The position numbers and the translations under genes were made by a program. The notes under the pieces were generated by a model. The model was not told the DNA's origin. It searched no databases and saw nothing but the letters and a program-made list of their open reading frames with translations. Shown piece by piece: positions 1 through 12,230 of a DNA stretch of 64,000 nt. Within the stretch, counting starts at the first letter, position 1; every line of letters starts with the position of its first letter. This stretch comes from Octopus sinensis (taxonomy: Eukaryota): the NCBI RefSeq assembly GCF_006345805.1, contig NC_042997.1:64604001-64668000 (forward strand), written 5' to 3'.

Positions 1-554
1 TGGTCGCCTACCGTGGAATATAATAAGAACTTTTTTCAGGTTATCGTTATTCGATACGAAAAAAAAACAACAACCTTCCGTCTCAATAAACCACTATTGT
101 GCATGATAGTTGTTTTTGTATTTACTACTGATTTCTTGAAGCTAACTTTCTTCCTACAACTTGATCCCAGGATATTACATTTCAGTGTGCTCAATGATTT
201 CCACAATTCGCTTCAGAGTAAAACTTTTTTCAGCAAATTATATTTGCGATGATACCTTCTCTATTCGCGGGCTTATAAATGTATGGACTCTGAAGTTCGA
301 ACCCTCGTATTGCAAAGCGGCCATTATACAGTTGGTTCTGAGGACCTAGAAAAAATAATTATAAACTACGTGTTAATTATGTAAACCATACACTGTTGCT
401 TAGAACGTCGGAAAAAGTATCTAGTGGCAAAACATATACGTACAGACTATTTATCATGTATGAAAAGAAAACAAGTGCATATGTATATAAAGAATAAATA
501 TAACAATATAATAAAGCATTCAGTTTTACTCTAAATTTCACTAGCGTTCGTTTT

Positions 555-800
555 ACACACACACATATACACACACGCACGCACAGGACACATGCACACA
601 TATACACACCTAGATGCATATATGCATATGTAGGAATATATATGTGTATGCGTGTATATATATATATATGTTTATGCATATGTCTATGCACATATGTATA
701 TATATATATCTGTACATATATGTATATGCATATATGCACATATGTATGTGTATATGCCTGTGTCTATGTATCTATGTATGTGAGTAAGCATCTATGTTTG
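555..800. repeat. Mixed (CA)n/(TA)n/(TATG)n low-complexity microsatellite
   Basis: Directly visible dinucleotide-derived repeats. Confidence 0.85.
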
Positions 801-3800
801 AATGCATGTATTTTTGTGTGCTAATGCTGCATGACTTCTGCATGACTTTTGTTTTTATTTAGGAATAAATTGGAAATACCTCAAAATAAATGAGAATTTC
901 CCTTTTACTTATTTCTATATATTCCATATTAAGCGTTTTTGTTTTTCTGTGTATGTATTCCTGTCTTGAGTTACTCTATATGTGTGAGAATTCAAAATAA
1001 GTACCTTTTTAAATAATCCTGTTTATGTTTATGTGTGGCTGTGCATTTGGGTATGTGCCCGTAGGTGAGCTACGCGTGAGTGCGAATTTGCGTGGGTGAG
1101 CACTTGAGCATTTGAGTTTTATATTCATGTCGCCATATAAGGTTTATGCACATGTTTGTTCGCTAATTTATTCTACTTCATGGGAAAGCATATATGTAAA
1201 TTTGAAGATATGTGTTGCTATAGTCACCCTCGATAGTATGTGTTGCTTTATGTGCATCTGCATACCGCAAGAATTATGCGAAGTGGTAAAAGAATATCCA
1301 TGCAAGAAATAAATTCAAATACAAATATAGATGGGAGAAATCATAATTAGTTTGTGAGAAGAATGCATTCGGAGTGATCTTCATATAATCGGATAATAGG
1401 ATAAAGGAATATAGCTGCAATCTGGATGCTGAGTCGTGTGAGAAATATAGTTGTAATAAGGTTACCAGAATGTGAGAAGAACTCAAATACTATAGCGTAT
1501 AAAAATATAAACTCATGCAGTAAAATATGATTTATGGTGTACAAATGACAACAGTACTTTTCAAGAAATGTTCGAAAAATGATCTGAAATGTTCGAAGAA
1601 TTGTATTTGAAATATGCTTCGTAAATTATGACAAATTATTTTATGATATGTTGTTTGGAAAATAATGTGTAGTTATACAATGTGAAAGAATAGATGAAAA
1701 TATATTGGTATTAAGATGAAATCGAAAAAATTAATCTGTATATAGAAAATGAAATGAAAATAATGCTCTTCTATCAGATCTCTCAATACGTTTGGACAAT
1801 ATTACGTGGCACTACCACTGAAAGACCTCTAAAATCATATTTTGAAATATAAGGCAACATTTAATAGACTACCGGGGATTGTTTTCAAAGTATTCGAATA
1901 TTTGTGAATGTTTATCAAAATAGACTTCATAAATAAATTGGGGGAAAACGTGTAAAAAAGCATCTTAATCTTTGCGTATGTCACTACTATGAAAGTACTA
2001 TAAAGAAACTGGTTGAGAAGAAAGGGTTAAATGAAAGAGAGTAGACGAAACGATATAAAAAAGAAATAAAAACGGGCAGAGCTTGAAATCAGAATATCTA
2101 TAATTGATAGAATAGTATTGAGCAATATTGTAAATTGTAGCATTTCGGAAGCTGTTGTTAGTTAAGTGAACAAGAGCATAAAGCAACCAGAAAAAAATAG
2201 ACTAAACAGGGAGTTCCAAATTGCAATTCCTAAATTAATGAATTTATTTAAAAACAGGTTTCTTCGGGAATGCAAATTAGTGAACGATTGTATCTTAAAA
2301 TAAGCTATGATGATGGGGGAAAAAAAAAGACCAGAAGTAGAGCCAAAAATATTCCAACACAAGTTTTTCCAATTATAATATTTCTCTTTCTATAGCATTG
2401 GAGCCATGCGTGTGCGCAAATGCATTTGTTTTTAATTTCAAGCATGTTTTGTTTTGTTTTCCTCGCTCAGTGGCATTACGTATGCGGTTCATTATTTGAT
2501 GAGACAAGTCAGCAATCATTTCAGATGTTATAAAATAATACAACCGGTAGCTATCAAATTATATAAAAACAAATATAAAGGAAATATTACGGCTATTTTG
2601 AGAAAAGCAGCTATAGCCATTTGCATTCTGAGTCCAAATCCAACAGTTGTCACCTTTGCAACTGATTTATCTTTACAGTTTCTATAAAAGTTAAACAGCG
2701 GTCAGATATTTGGCTCGATTTAATTAACTGTTTACTCGTCCCAAAATGTGCAACCTTCAGCATATGCTAATTTGAGGGAAAAAAATGTCTTCATAATTAG
2801 TTCAAAAACCCTTCAGTTAACCTTTAACATTCATTGAGTTGCCGCTGATTCATTATTGGGTGTTCTATTAAATAAGAAACAGCATATTACTGAGGATGTT
2901 ACGTTTGTTAAATGTAGATGAACAATTTTTTTATCATTAGTTTCCTTCTTTCATTACAAAAGGAATTTTCATTGCTTCACTTTCGTCAAATGCAGTAATG
3001 TTTACGAAAGTCAATCGCTAATATTTTATGGAATGTATTCGCAACAACTGTGAGGCAATTTAACAATATATTATCAGAGTCCTTTTTTATTAGTCCAGAT
3101 TTGGTCTACTTTGTCCGCTCTCACACCAAAACTCAGCATTCATTCAGCCTCCCATATCGCTTCACGGAACATGTCAGACATGCAGAGCGGCGTTCACGGT
3201 TTCTTTGAGAGTGTACTCGAAAAATTATTGTTTGCTAGAGAGAAAGAGAGACCCTTCACTCTTAATCATCTTTGAGCTCTTATTCTATTATTGTATTGCT
3301 ACATCACGTTGTCGGGATTTGTCTCAGACAGTCATACAGCACTCTTCCGGGCATTTACTAAAAATCATCAGTTGTAATGGCAACTTGCACTCTCCAATCA
3401 GTCACCTTCACAAGCCGTTTCACGTTTGCTAAGTGTGCCTCATCTTATTTACGAAGAAGGCTTTGCCAGTAGGGTCACAATCCCACCACGACATGTTTGA
3501 CATTGTCATAAACACTGTTGCTGTTGCTGCTAATGATGATGATGATGATGATTTGTCGTTGCTTTTTGTGTTGACTCTCCTTTCATTGCAGTCGTTGTTG
3601 TTGCTACTGGTGTCGTTGATGTTTATGTTGTTATAATCGCCCTCATTGCCCTTGCTTTTATTGTTGATATTTGCTGTTATGTAAACTTGTGCTATGAGAT
3701 TTTTCCGGTATCTCGTTGGATCTTGTAACGGGCACTACAGTCAATATAATCCTTTCCGTAGAACTGGAAAGGAATTTAAGCTTTCAAGATTCCATACGAC

Positions 3801-4244
3801 ATTAAAAGGGAAAAGGAAAATCCAGAAACACAGCACTATGGCAGATATAATTTACGTCAAGCACACAAATTCTATACACTCAAGCAAGACTAGTGATCTA
3901 TTGAATACTAGGGAAAAGAAAATCATTTTCAACTCTGCACACTCATTTTGTATCATATTCCCAATACAGTATAGTGTTTTTCTGTTCACTTAAAATACAG
4001 CAAAACTAGCAACAATTTTCGGCTGTTTACGAATCTAATATTACTGATCGGGTTTCCATTTCTGGATATATTTTCTACATCTTTGGATTTTTTTATAACT
4101 GAAATCTTTATAATTTCGAATTGTACACAAATATGCGTCAAATATCAAGAAATATAGCCCAGAGAATTGATTCGAAATACAACGAACTGAAATATTTGCT
4201 CGGGATAATTTCGCAAACAAATGTATATACCATCTTCGAAATTA

Positions 4245-4943
4245 TTACCAATCACCTGGTTCCGGGTTCAGTCCCACTGCGTGGCCCTTTGGGCAAGTGT
4301 CTTCTACTATAGCCTCGGGCCGACCAAACCCTTGTGAGTGGATTTGGTAGATGGAAACAGAAAGAAGCCCATCGTATATATGTATATATACATATGTGTG
4401 GAGGTGCAATGGCCCAATGATTAGGGCAGCGGACTCGCGGTCGTAGGATCGCGGTTTCGATTCCCACACCGGGCGTTGTGTGTGTTTATTGAGCGAAAAC
4501 ACCTAAAGCTCCACGACGCTCCGGCAGGGAGTGGTGATCCCTGCTGTACTCTTTCACCACTCTTTCTGTCACTTTTTCGTCTGTTGGCCTGCTCGCTTAG
4601 CCAGCGGGGTGGTGTCATTCGAAGGCTAAAACAATGCGAACGCATTGTGACCAGCGATGTGTAGCAACATCTGATAGCCTGGTCGGTCACGGTGATCACG
4701 GTGATATATACATATGTATATATGTGTGTGTGTTTGTGTGTTTGTGCGTCTGTGTTTGTCCCCTCACCAGCGCTTGACAACCGATGCTGGTATGTTTATG
4801 CCCCGTCACTTAGTGGTTCGGCAAAAGAGCCCGATATAATATGTACTAGGCTTACAAAGAATAAGTCTTGGGGTCGATTTGCTCGATTAAAGGCGGTGCT
4901 CCAGCATGGCTGCAGTCACATGATTGAAACAAGTAAAAGAGTA
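4245..4943 (+). mobile_element. tRNA-derived SINE family A, 5'-truncated, split by a nested SINE-B
   Basis: ggttccgggttcagtcccactgcg head, internal (TA)/(TG) tract and ggcggtgctccagcatggc...gaaacaagtaaaaga tail. The same sequence recurs at 59106, 59849, 60519 and 62501. Confidence 0.85.
4398..4703 (+). mobile_element. tRNA-derived SINE family B nested in SINE-A
   Basis: A-box-like ggcccaatgattagg and B-box-like ggtttcgattccc. Flanked by the 14 bp direct repeat atatatacatatgt (4384-4397, 4704-4717). Partial second copy at 39165-39335. Confidence 0.85.
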
Positions 4944-5429
4944 ATGCAGTCAAATACCGGGTAATTGATTTTACGGGTGTCACTTTCCGAATGAGGATGT
5001 TTGCTATTATACAGGTCCTCAATACGATTTATTAACGAACACTCGAAGGTGGGCTACTATGTTCATTCCTAAATATATGACATCACAGCATTGTTTTTGC
5101 TCCAACATTTCTAATCTGTCTGTTTGGAAAATCTTTCCCAAGGGCCTATAAATACACACTTCTCTTCAGTGACGTTTATTTAGAAAATTAGCAATGTTCA
5201 TTTGTTTATAAAAATGTTCAATTACTACATTGTTCCTTGACGTCATGGAACGTGCTGTGTCTCCGTTTCTCCCGTTCATTTTCTACTCAGCAATCACGAT
5301 TACTACAGATATAACCCTGCAATTATCACATCTACATCCACTCTCCGATCTCTCTTAATCTCAGTCTCACTCTCTCTCTCTCTCACTCTCACTCCCTCTC
5401 TCTCTTATCCTCACACATTTTCTCTCAAT

Positions 5430-5592
5430 TATATATATATGTGTACATATATGCATAGGAATAAGCACACACACACACACATATGCACACACCACACACA
5501 CACACATATATATATATATACATATATATACATATATACATATATATATGTATTTATGTATATATATATATATATATATACATATATATATG

Positions 5593-5640
<48 letters not shown>

Positions 5641-5646
5641 CATAAA

Positions 5647-5720
<74 letters not shown>
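5430..5720. repeat. (CA)n then long (TA)n microsatellite
   Basis: Directly visible. Confidence 0.95.
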
Positions 5721-5721
<1 letters not shown>

Positions 5722-5723
<2 letters not shown>

Positions 5724-5790
5724 GGCGGTGCCCCAGCATGGCCTCAGCCGGATGGCTGAAACAAGTAAAAGAATAAAAGAGTAAAAGAAG
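5722..5790 (+). mobile_element. SINE-A 3' end fragment
   Basis: ggcggtgccccagcatggc...ctgaaacaagtaaaagaataaaaga matches the tails of the other SINE-A copies. Confidence 0.75.
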
Positions 5791-5829
5791 ATATATATAT
5801 ATATATATACATAAATATATGTATGTATA

Positions 5830-5897
5830 TAGACAGACAGACAGACAGACAGAAAGACAGACAGACAGACAGACAGAAAGACAGACAGACAGACAAT

Positions 5898-5962
<65 letters not shown>
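5830..5962. repeat. (GACA)n(GATA)n tetranucleotide microsatellite
   Basis: Directly visible. Confidence 0.95.
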
Positions 5963-5963
<1 letters not shown>

Positions 5964-6427
5964 TACTAGAGAGACAGAGAAAGAAAAACATATGTGATTA
6001 GTGTTTTATTGAAGTGTTCTCTGAACTCGCGTGTCCATTTTCCGTTTTTTTTAATTCTCTTTTCTTCCTTTCCACTTTCTTTTTTTTCATTCTCCACTAT
6101 CACAACTCAGTTGCACGTTGACGCCAGTTGCACGGCTTGTTCTCTTATTTGTCACAAAGCTTATTCTTGCAAAGCTACTATTTGCTTTCTTGCACGAGTG
6201 TAGCATTGGACCGTCTTTGTCCTGTCTTTCACACAACTATCTTGCACATTACACCATCTTGCATTCATACACTTATATAAAGTTCTATCCTCTGTATTCC
6301 TCGCGCCCCACAGTCGTACCATAAGCCACTTTTCTTAACTCTTTTTATATAACTGCATTTATACCTAACCATTACCCCGTAGGTACTTTCTTCACACTCC
6401 TCTCTTATTTCCCTCTATACAATTCTT

Positions 6428-6458
6428 CTGATGAAGGATTGGCGTCCGAAAGTTTAAC
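6428..6458 (+). ncRNA. Degenerate minimal hammerhead ribozyme core (Penelope-type)
   Basis: CTGATGA (6428-6434), A, GGA-ttggcg-TCC, GAAA (6448-6451). Stems I and III are poorly formed. Confidence 0.4.
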
Positions 6459-6815
6459 ATACTTCCCATACCTTCCAAAGCATTCAATTATTACACTATT
6501 TTTTAAAACTTAACATTCTTCGGGTATGTTTTTCCTTTTACGTTTTCTGCACTGCATTCACAATACACACACAGACATACGCACACACACATACACACAA
6601 GCACATGCCCATATATGTATAAATATAGATATAGATAAATGATAGAAAAAGGATTAACTAAATCATTTATTTTACTACAATTGATACATTTTTAAACATG
6701 TAGTAAATTGGTGAAAGGTTGTGTAATCATTGACATACATCCAAGGTGTAAAATGCAATTCATCAGATGATTTTTTAAATAAGTCTGTTTAGGGCTTCCT
6801 TCATTATAGTCTGAC

Positions 6816-6861
<46 letters not shown>

Positions 6862-6867
6862 CGTGTT

Positions 6868-6910
<43 letters not shown>

Positions 6911-7301
6911 ATGTATATAGAAAGAGAGATCGATAGACAGGTATGGTAATTTATAGTTAGATTGACTCGTTTCTGCATATTTCTATATTTCTATAATTTA
7001 TATTTTGATTATAATTGTGTTTAGATTTGTATGCAAACCTCGGAAAATAGCATGCCTTCTAAACTCGAGTGGCATAAGAAGAAAATCTAACGGATGACTT
7101 TTTGAAACAATCACGTGTGGAAGTACATTTTATATCTTGAATGCTTCATAGTGGTTATAAACCACTTACGGTTAACTCTACAGAAGTTCTATAGAAATTG
7201 TAGACAGCACTGATTTTTCTTATGCACCGTATGCGAAACGCCATATATAAACAAATAATGAAATCAAAGATGAAAAATGTGTAGTGAAATTATATGCCAT
7301 C

Positions 7302-7328
7302 TTTCAGGAGTTGTTGCTCCTTCATCAG
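7302..7328 (-). ncRNA. Hammerhead-like core with perfect stem II
   Basis: Minus strand reads CTGATGA-AGGAG-caacaa-CTCCT-GAAA. Stem III is not canonical. Confidence 0.4.
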
Positions 7329-7499
7329 CACTCATCTAGCTCCTTAATCACCCACGATGACATTGCTTAAATAGCCGCTAAACAGATCGCTCTAACGTTA
7401 CTGGATATACCAAGCTTACATATCAGCCACATTCATGGACGCAGGTACGTGTATATACACAAACAAACAAACACATATACACATGTTATATACATACAG

Positions 7500-7577
<78 letters not shown>

Positions 7578-7914
7578 TGTGTGTGTGTGTGTGTCTGTAT
7601 GTGTCTGTGTGTGTATAACAGTAGAGGTACAAGTGTCAATCCATTGCGGCCGTCTCTAACGAATTCTTTCCTTGATAAATTAAAACTTTACATCATTGTA
7701 AAGAAACCGTTTTTGTCAGATGAGCTCATGAACTTCACAATAAACATCATTCAAAACTATTTAATATAGCTTAAAATCCACGGAGTAAAGACATTTAAGG
7801 TGATTCTGCTACTGTTTTACTTGGATGCTCCATATTAACATAATATTGCTGTTGTGTGTGTACATTATCCCGACCTAACGACGTGGCTCAATTTGAGTGC
7901 CTAATTGTAGTGAA

Positions 7915-8048
7915 TCTTATATAATATTATATATATATATATATAATATATATATTATATATATATATATATGAACATATATATATATATACACATATTA
8001 TATACACATGGTATATATATACATGAATATATATATACATATATAGAC

Positions 8049-8123
<75 letters not shown>

Positions 8124-8130
8124 TATATAT
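7915..8130. repeat. (TA)n microsatellite abutting the left arm of the inverted repeat
   Basis: Directly visible. Confidence 0.95.
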
Positions 8131-8317
8131 ACTAAGCAATAAGGGTTTAGCAACGAATTGCCTTACCACATACCGAATTTAGAAATAGCAGTCAAAGGGT
8201 TATAGCTATTTCTTCTACTAAAAAGGGAGATCTCAGTAAAAACAGCAATTGGAAGGCTGACACAAACAGGTAAGAGAGAATGAATTAACTGCAATCTATC
8301 AAACATTTTTAAAGTTA

Positions 8318-8423
8318 TCTACGGACGTACGTTTCGAAATCAAGTTTTTAGGAAAGCATAAGAATTAAATATTAAATATTAAATAATTCTATCTTACCGA
8401 ACTTCTTTTCTCTTCAGCGTAGA
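8318..8423 (-). ncRNA. Type I hammerhead ribozyme with extended stem II (left-arm copy)
   Basis: Reverse complement of 8724-8830 with one 1-nt deletion inside stem II. Core and stems I and III are intact. Confidence 0.8.
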
Positions 8424-8618
8424 ATACTATAATCATAAATGATTATATATTGAATTTTGAGATACTAGGAGGCACCAACTCAACTCAGTATCAGAGCGAG
8501 CTAGAATCCGCAACTAGTATCACCGAATTCAAATTTGTGAATGAAACGATTGTGTCAACAGCCCCTTCCCACCCGCGTGTAGCCAAAACAAGATGCTGTG
8601 GTCATCTACTGAGATAAA

Positions 8619-9120
8619 ATATGGTTATCCGTAATAATGAAGGGTGAAATTAATTAATTTGGAATAATTTGGTGCCTCCTAGTATCTCAAAATTCAATAT
8701 ATAATCATTTATGATTATAGTATTCTACGCTGAAGAGAAAAGAAGTTTCGGTAAGATAGAATTATTTAATATTTAATATTTAATTCTTATGCTTTCCTAA
8801 AAACTTGATTTCGAAACGTACGTCCGTAGATAACTTTAAAATGTTTGATATATTGCAGTTAATTCATTCTCTCTTACCTGTTTGTGTCAGCCTTCCAATT
8901 GCTGTTTTTACTGAGATCTCCCTTTTTAGTAGAAGAAATAGCTATAACCCTTTGACTGCTATTTCTAAATTCGTATGTGGTAAGGCAATTCGTTGCTAAC
9001 CCTTATTGCTTAGTATTACTTAAATTTTCCTCGAATGAGGCTTTTACATGCCGAAGACTACTTGGTGTATTGATATTATTCCAAATTAATTAATTTCACC
9101 CTTCATATTACGGATAACCA

Positions 9121-9123
<3 letters not shown>
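8619..9123 (+). mobile_element. ~500 bp non-autonomous element with ~50 bp terminal inverted repeats and an internal HHR (Penelope-derived or MITE-like)
   Basis: atatggttatccgtaataatgaagggtgaaattaattaatttggaataat (8619-8668) is the reverse complement of 9075-9123 apart from one indel. The right end runs into (TA)n. Confidence 0.65.
8724..8830 (+). ncRNA. Type I hammerhead ribozyme with extended stem II (right-arm copy)
   Basis: Stem I TCTACG/CGTAGA; core CTGAAGA 8730-8736; stem II closed by GAAA (8737-8740)/TTTC (8809-8812); GAA 8813-8815; palindromic stem III ACGTACGT; GUC triplet with predicted cleavage after 8824. Confidence 0.85.
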
Positions 9124-9152
<29 letters not shown>

Positions 9153-9202
9153 CATAAGTAAATAAATGGAATTGAACGCAGATGCTATTCAATTTCTTTT
9201 AG

Positions 9203-9283
9203 TTTTGACATATGTTTCGAAGACAACATTGGTTTTATTCCAAAGGAATAAACGGTGTAAAATGCAATCTTCTCATCGGGAAA
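9203..9283 (-). ncRNA. Hammerhead ribozyme variant/decayed copy in the 3' UTR of the Penelope-like element
   Basis: Minus strand: TTTC-CCGATGA-GAAGA...TCTTC-GAA-ACATATGT-C-AAAA, with inner hairpin TTTATTCC-ttt-GGAATAAA. Core has U4 changed to C. Confidence 0.6.
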
Positions 9284-9511
9284 GAAAGAGAACCTATCTC
9301 AACAACAAGACATTATAACAATTTTGATGACTGCATAAATGATAATCAGAACGCTATTAAGTATTTTTAAAAAAACCGTTAGTAGATTCGACGTCAAAGG
9401 CAGACACTAGGAAGAGAAGGGGTAAATAAATAATAAGTAGAGGACAAATAAAGTGGGATATATTCATTGAAAAAATGTAGATTCCTCTATTGAAGTAATG
9501 TGCAAGTTGAA

Positions 9512-10496
<985 letters not shown>

Positions 10497-11654
10497 TTAC
10501 CCCGTAAAAGAATTTCATTATGTTTTGTGTTGTTTACAATATTAGAATTAAAATCACTCTTCTTATTACAACTAGATTTCTTGTCTTGAACAGTAGAAAA
10601 TGGTGGAGCTCCTTGGCTTCTGACAATCTTAATGTTGAGTTTGGTGTCTTCCAGAACCTTTCTATACCTACGGACTAATTTCCCATGCATCACTCCTTGA
10701 TATTTATCATGTTTCTAGCATGTGTTCACTGTTTGCTTTGTCACAAACCCTTATATCCTATTCCAGTATTTATTTCGGTATCTAGGACGGGTACCACTGG
10801 TATCATCACATATGATTATTTAATTTCTTTCTGGCTCCCCTGTAGACACGAATACTATTATAATTCTCTCATATCTGTCTTTCCTTTTCTGTCGTTGTAT
10901 TTTCGGTTGGACTTTTATTTATTCTTTAAAATATTCATCATATTCGCATGTTATTCTTTATCGTGTTTATAGCATTCCTATATTACTTTTATTATATTAC
11001 TGTTACTATCAGTTTCATCGTCGCCATTCTGCATGAAAGCAATAGCGCGACATCACCGAAAATACATTTCAAATCTCACTGTTTCCCTCAATGATTTAGT
11101 CATATCGTACTGCATATGCTGATAATACTTTGTTTAGCAAGGTTGTTTCTGTGTAAACCATGTAGACTCTGATCAAGCAAATTATAATCTAAGTTATTCC
11201 AGACGATATCAGATCTCTTCTTTCGCTTCTAGTGTCTATGAATCTATATGTTCTAATGTGTGTTTCTTTATAAGACTCATTGTTTATCCCAATCTTTGTA
11301 TAGAGTATGCTGACTTATGTTCAACCATACTCTATTCATGGCAATTTCGTATTTTAATTAGACAGTATATATGGTATTTGACCTTCCCGTTAAGCCAGTA
11401 AAATGTGATTTCAGGTTGTTGTAGCTATTATTACTAGCATTTTCGAGCTAACTCTGTTTTGATTTAAGACAGTAATGCGTGAAATGTAGGATATTCGACC
11501 ACGATTTCTAGCAGCGCGCAATAACAATATAAAGGCCATTACACTGTCGATTAAAGATTTTTAGTTATTCAAATTGTCGGTGGCAATAACTTCTGTTTAG
11601 TCATGCAAACATCAAGAAAGGAGGCAAACATATCTAAGAACTTACAATTAATAT

Positions 11655-11870
11655 AGGTTTCTAATTTTGGCACAAGCCTAGCAAATGCGAGGAAGGGGTT
11701 AAATCGATTATATTGAGCACAATCGTCAACTGGTACTTATGTTATCGAATCCGAATGGAGGAAAGGTAAAGTCGACCTCGGTGGAATTTGAACTTAAAAC
11801 ATAAAGACGGATGAAATGTCGTTAAGCATCTTCCCTGGTGTGCTAATGATTCTACCATTTCGGTGTCTTA
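11655..11870 (-). mobile_element. tRNA-derived SINE family C
   Basis: Reverse complement has ...gttttaagttcaaattccaccgaggtcgactttacctttcc... matching the copies at 13888 and 58320. Confidence 0.75.
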
Positions 11871-12124
11871 CTGACAATTAATATTAATTTCAATTTTACA
11901 CAGAAGCATCACCTATAATTTTAATGTTTATGGTTCAATGTTTATTGAAGTACATAACTGATAAATTAATTTACTTAATCAGGAATGATGGAATACGAAA
12001 TCGCCCCCCGATCGTCTTCGAACTCAAAAAGCGAAAGTACGCAACTAAATACTCCATGCAATATTGTGTGTCACTTTATCGATTTTGTCAGTTCACTACC
12101 GTACTGGCATGTATGTATGACCCC

Positions 12125-12230
12125 ACCGGACAAGATGTTTAACGGCATTACTTTCAGCTATATATGTTCTGAGTTCAAATGCCGCCAAGGTCGATTTGAT
12201 CACTGATCCTTTCGCGGTGGATAAAATATG
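12125..12230 (+). mobile_element. SINE-C fragment
   Basis: gttctgagttcaaatgccgccaaggtcgattt...cctttcgcggtggataaaat. Confidence 0.55.

Larger units (their letters stand above)
8129..9016. repeat. Long inverted repeat: arms 8129-8478 and 8669-9016, 190 bp spacer
   Basis: Base-by-base reverse-complement comparison. I counted about five differences, mostly 1-nt indels. Confidence 0.95.

Noticed and set aside
5040-5175. Minus-strand CTGAAGA-GAAG...CTTC as a hammerhead
   Set aside because: The second core reads GAGT instead of GAAA and there is no stem III or UH site.
6670-6772. Minus-strand CTGATGA followed by ttgcattttacacc, as in the 9203-9283 HHR
   Set aside because: The GAAAC half of the core is missing. 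At best a broken remnant of the same family.
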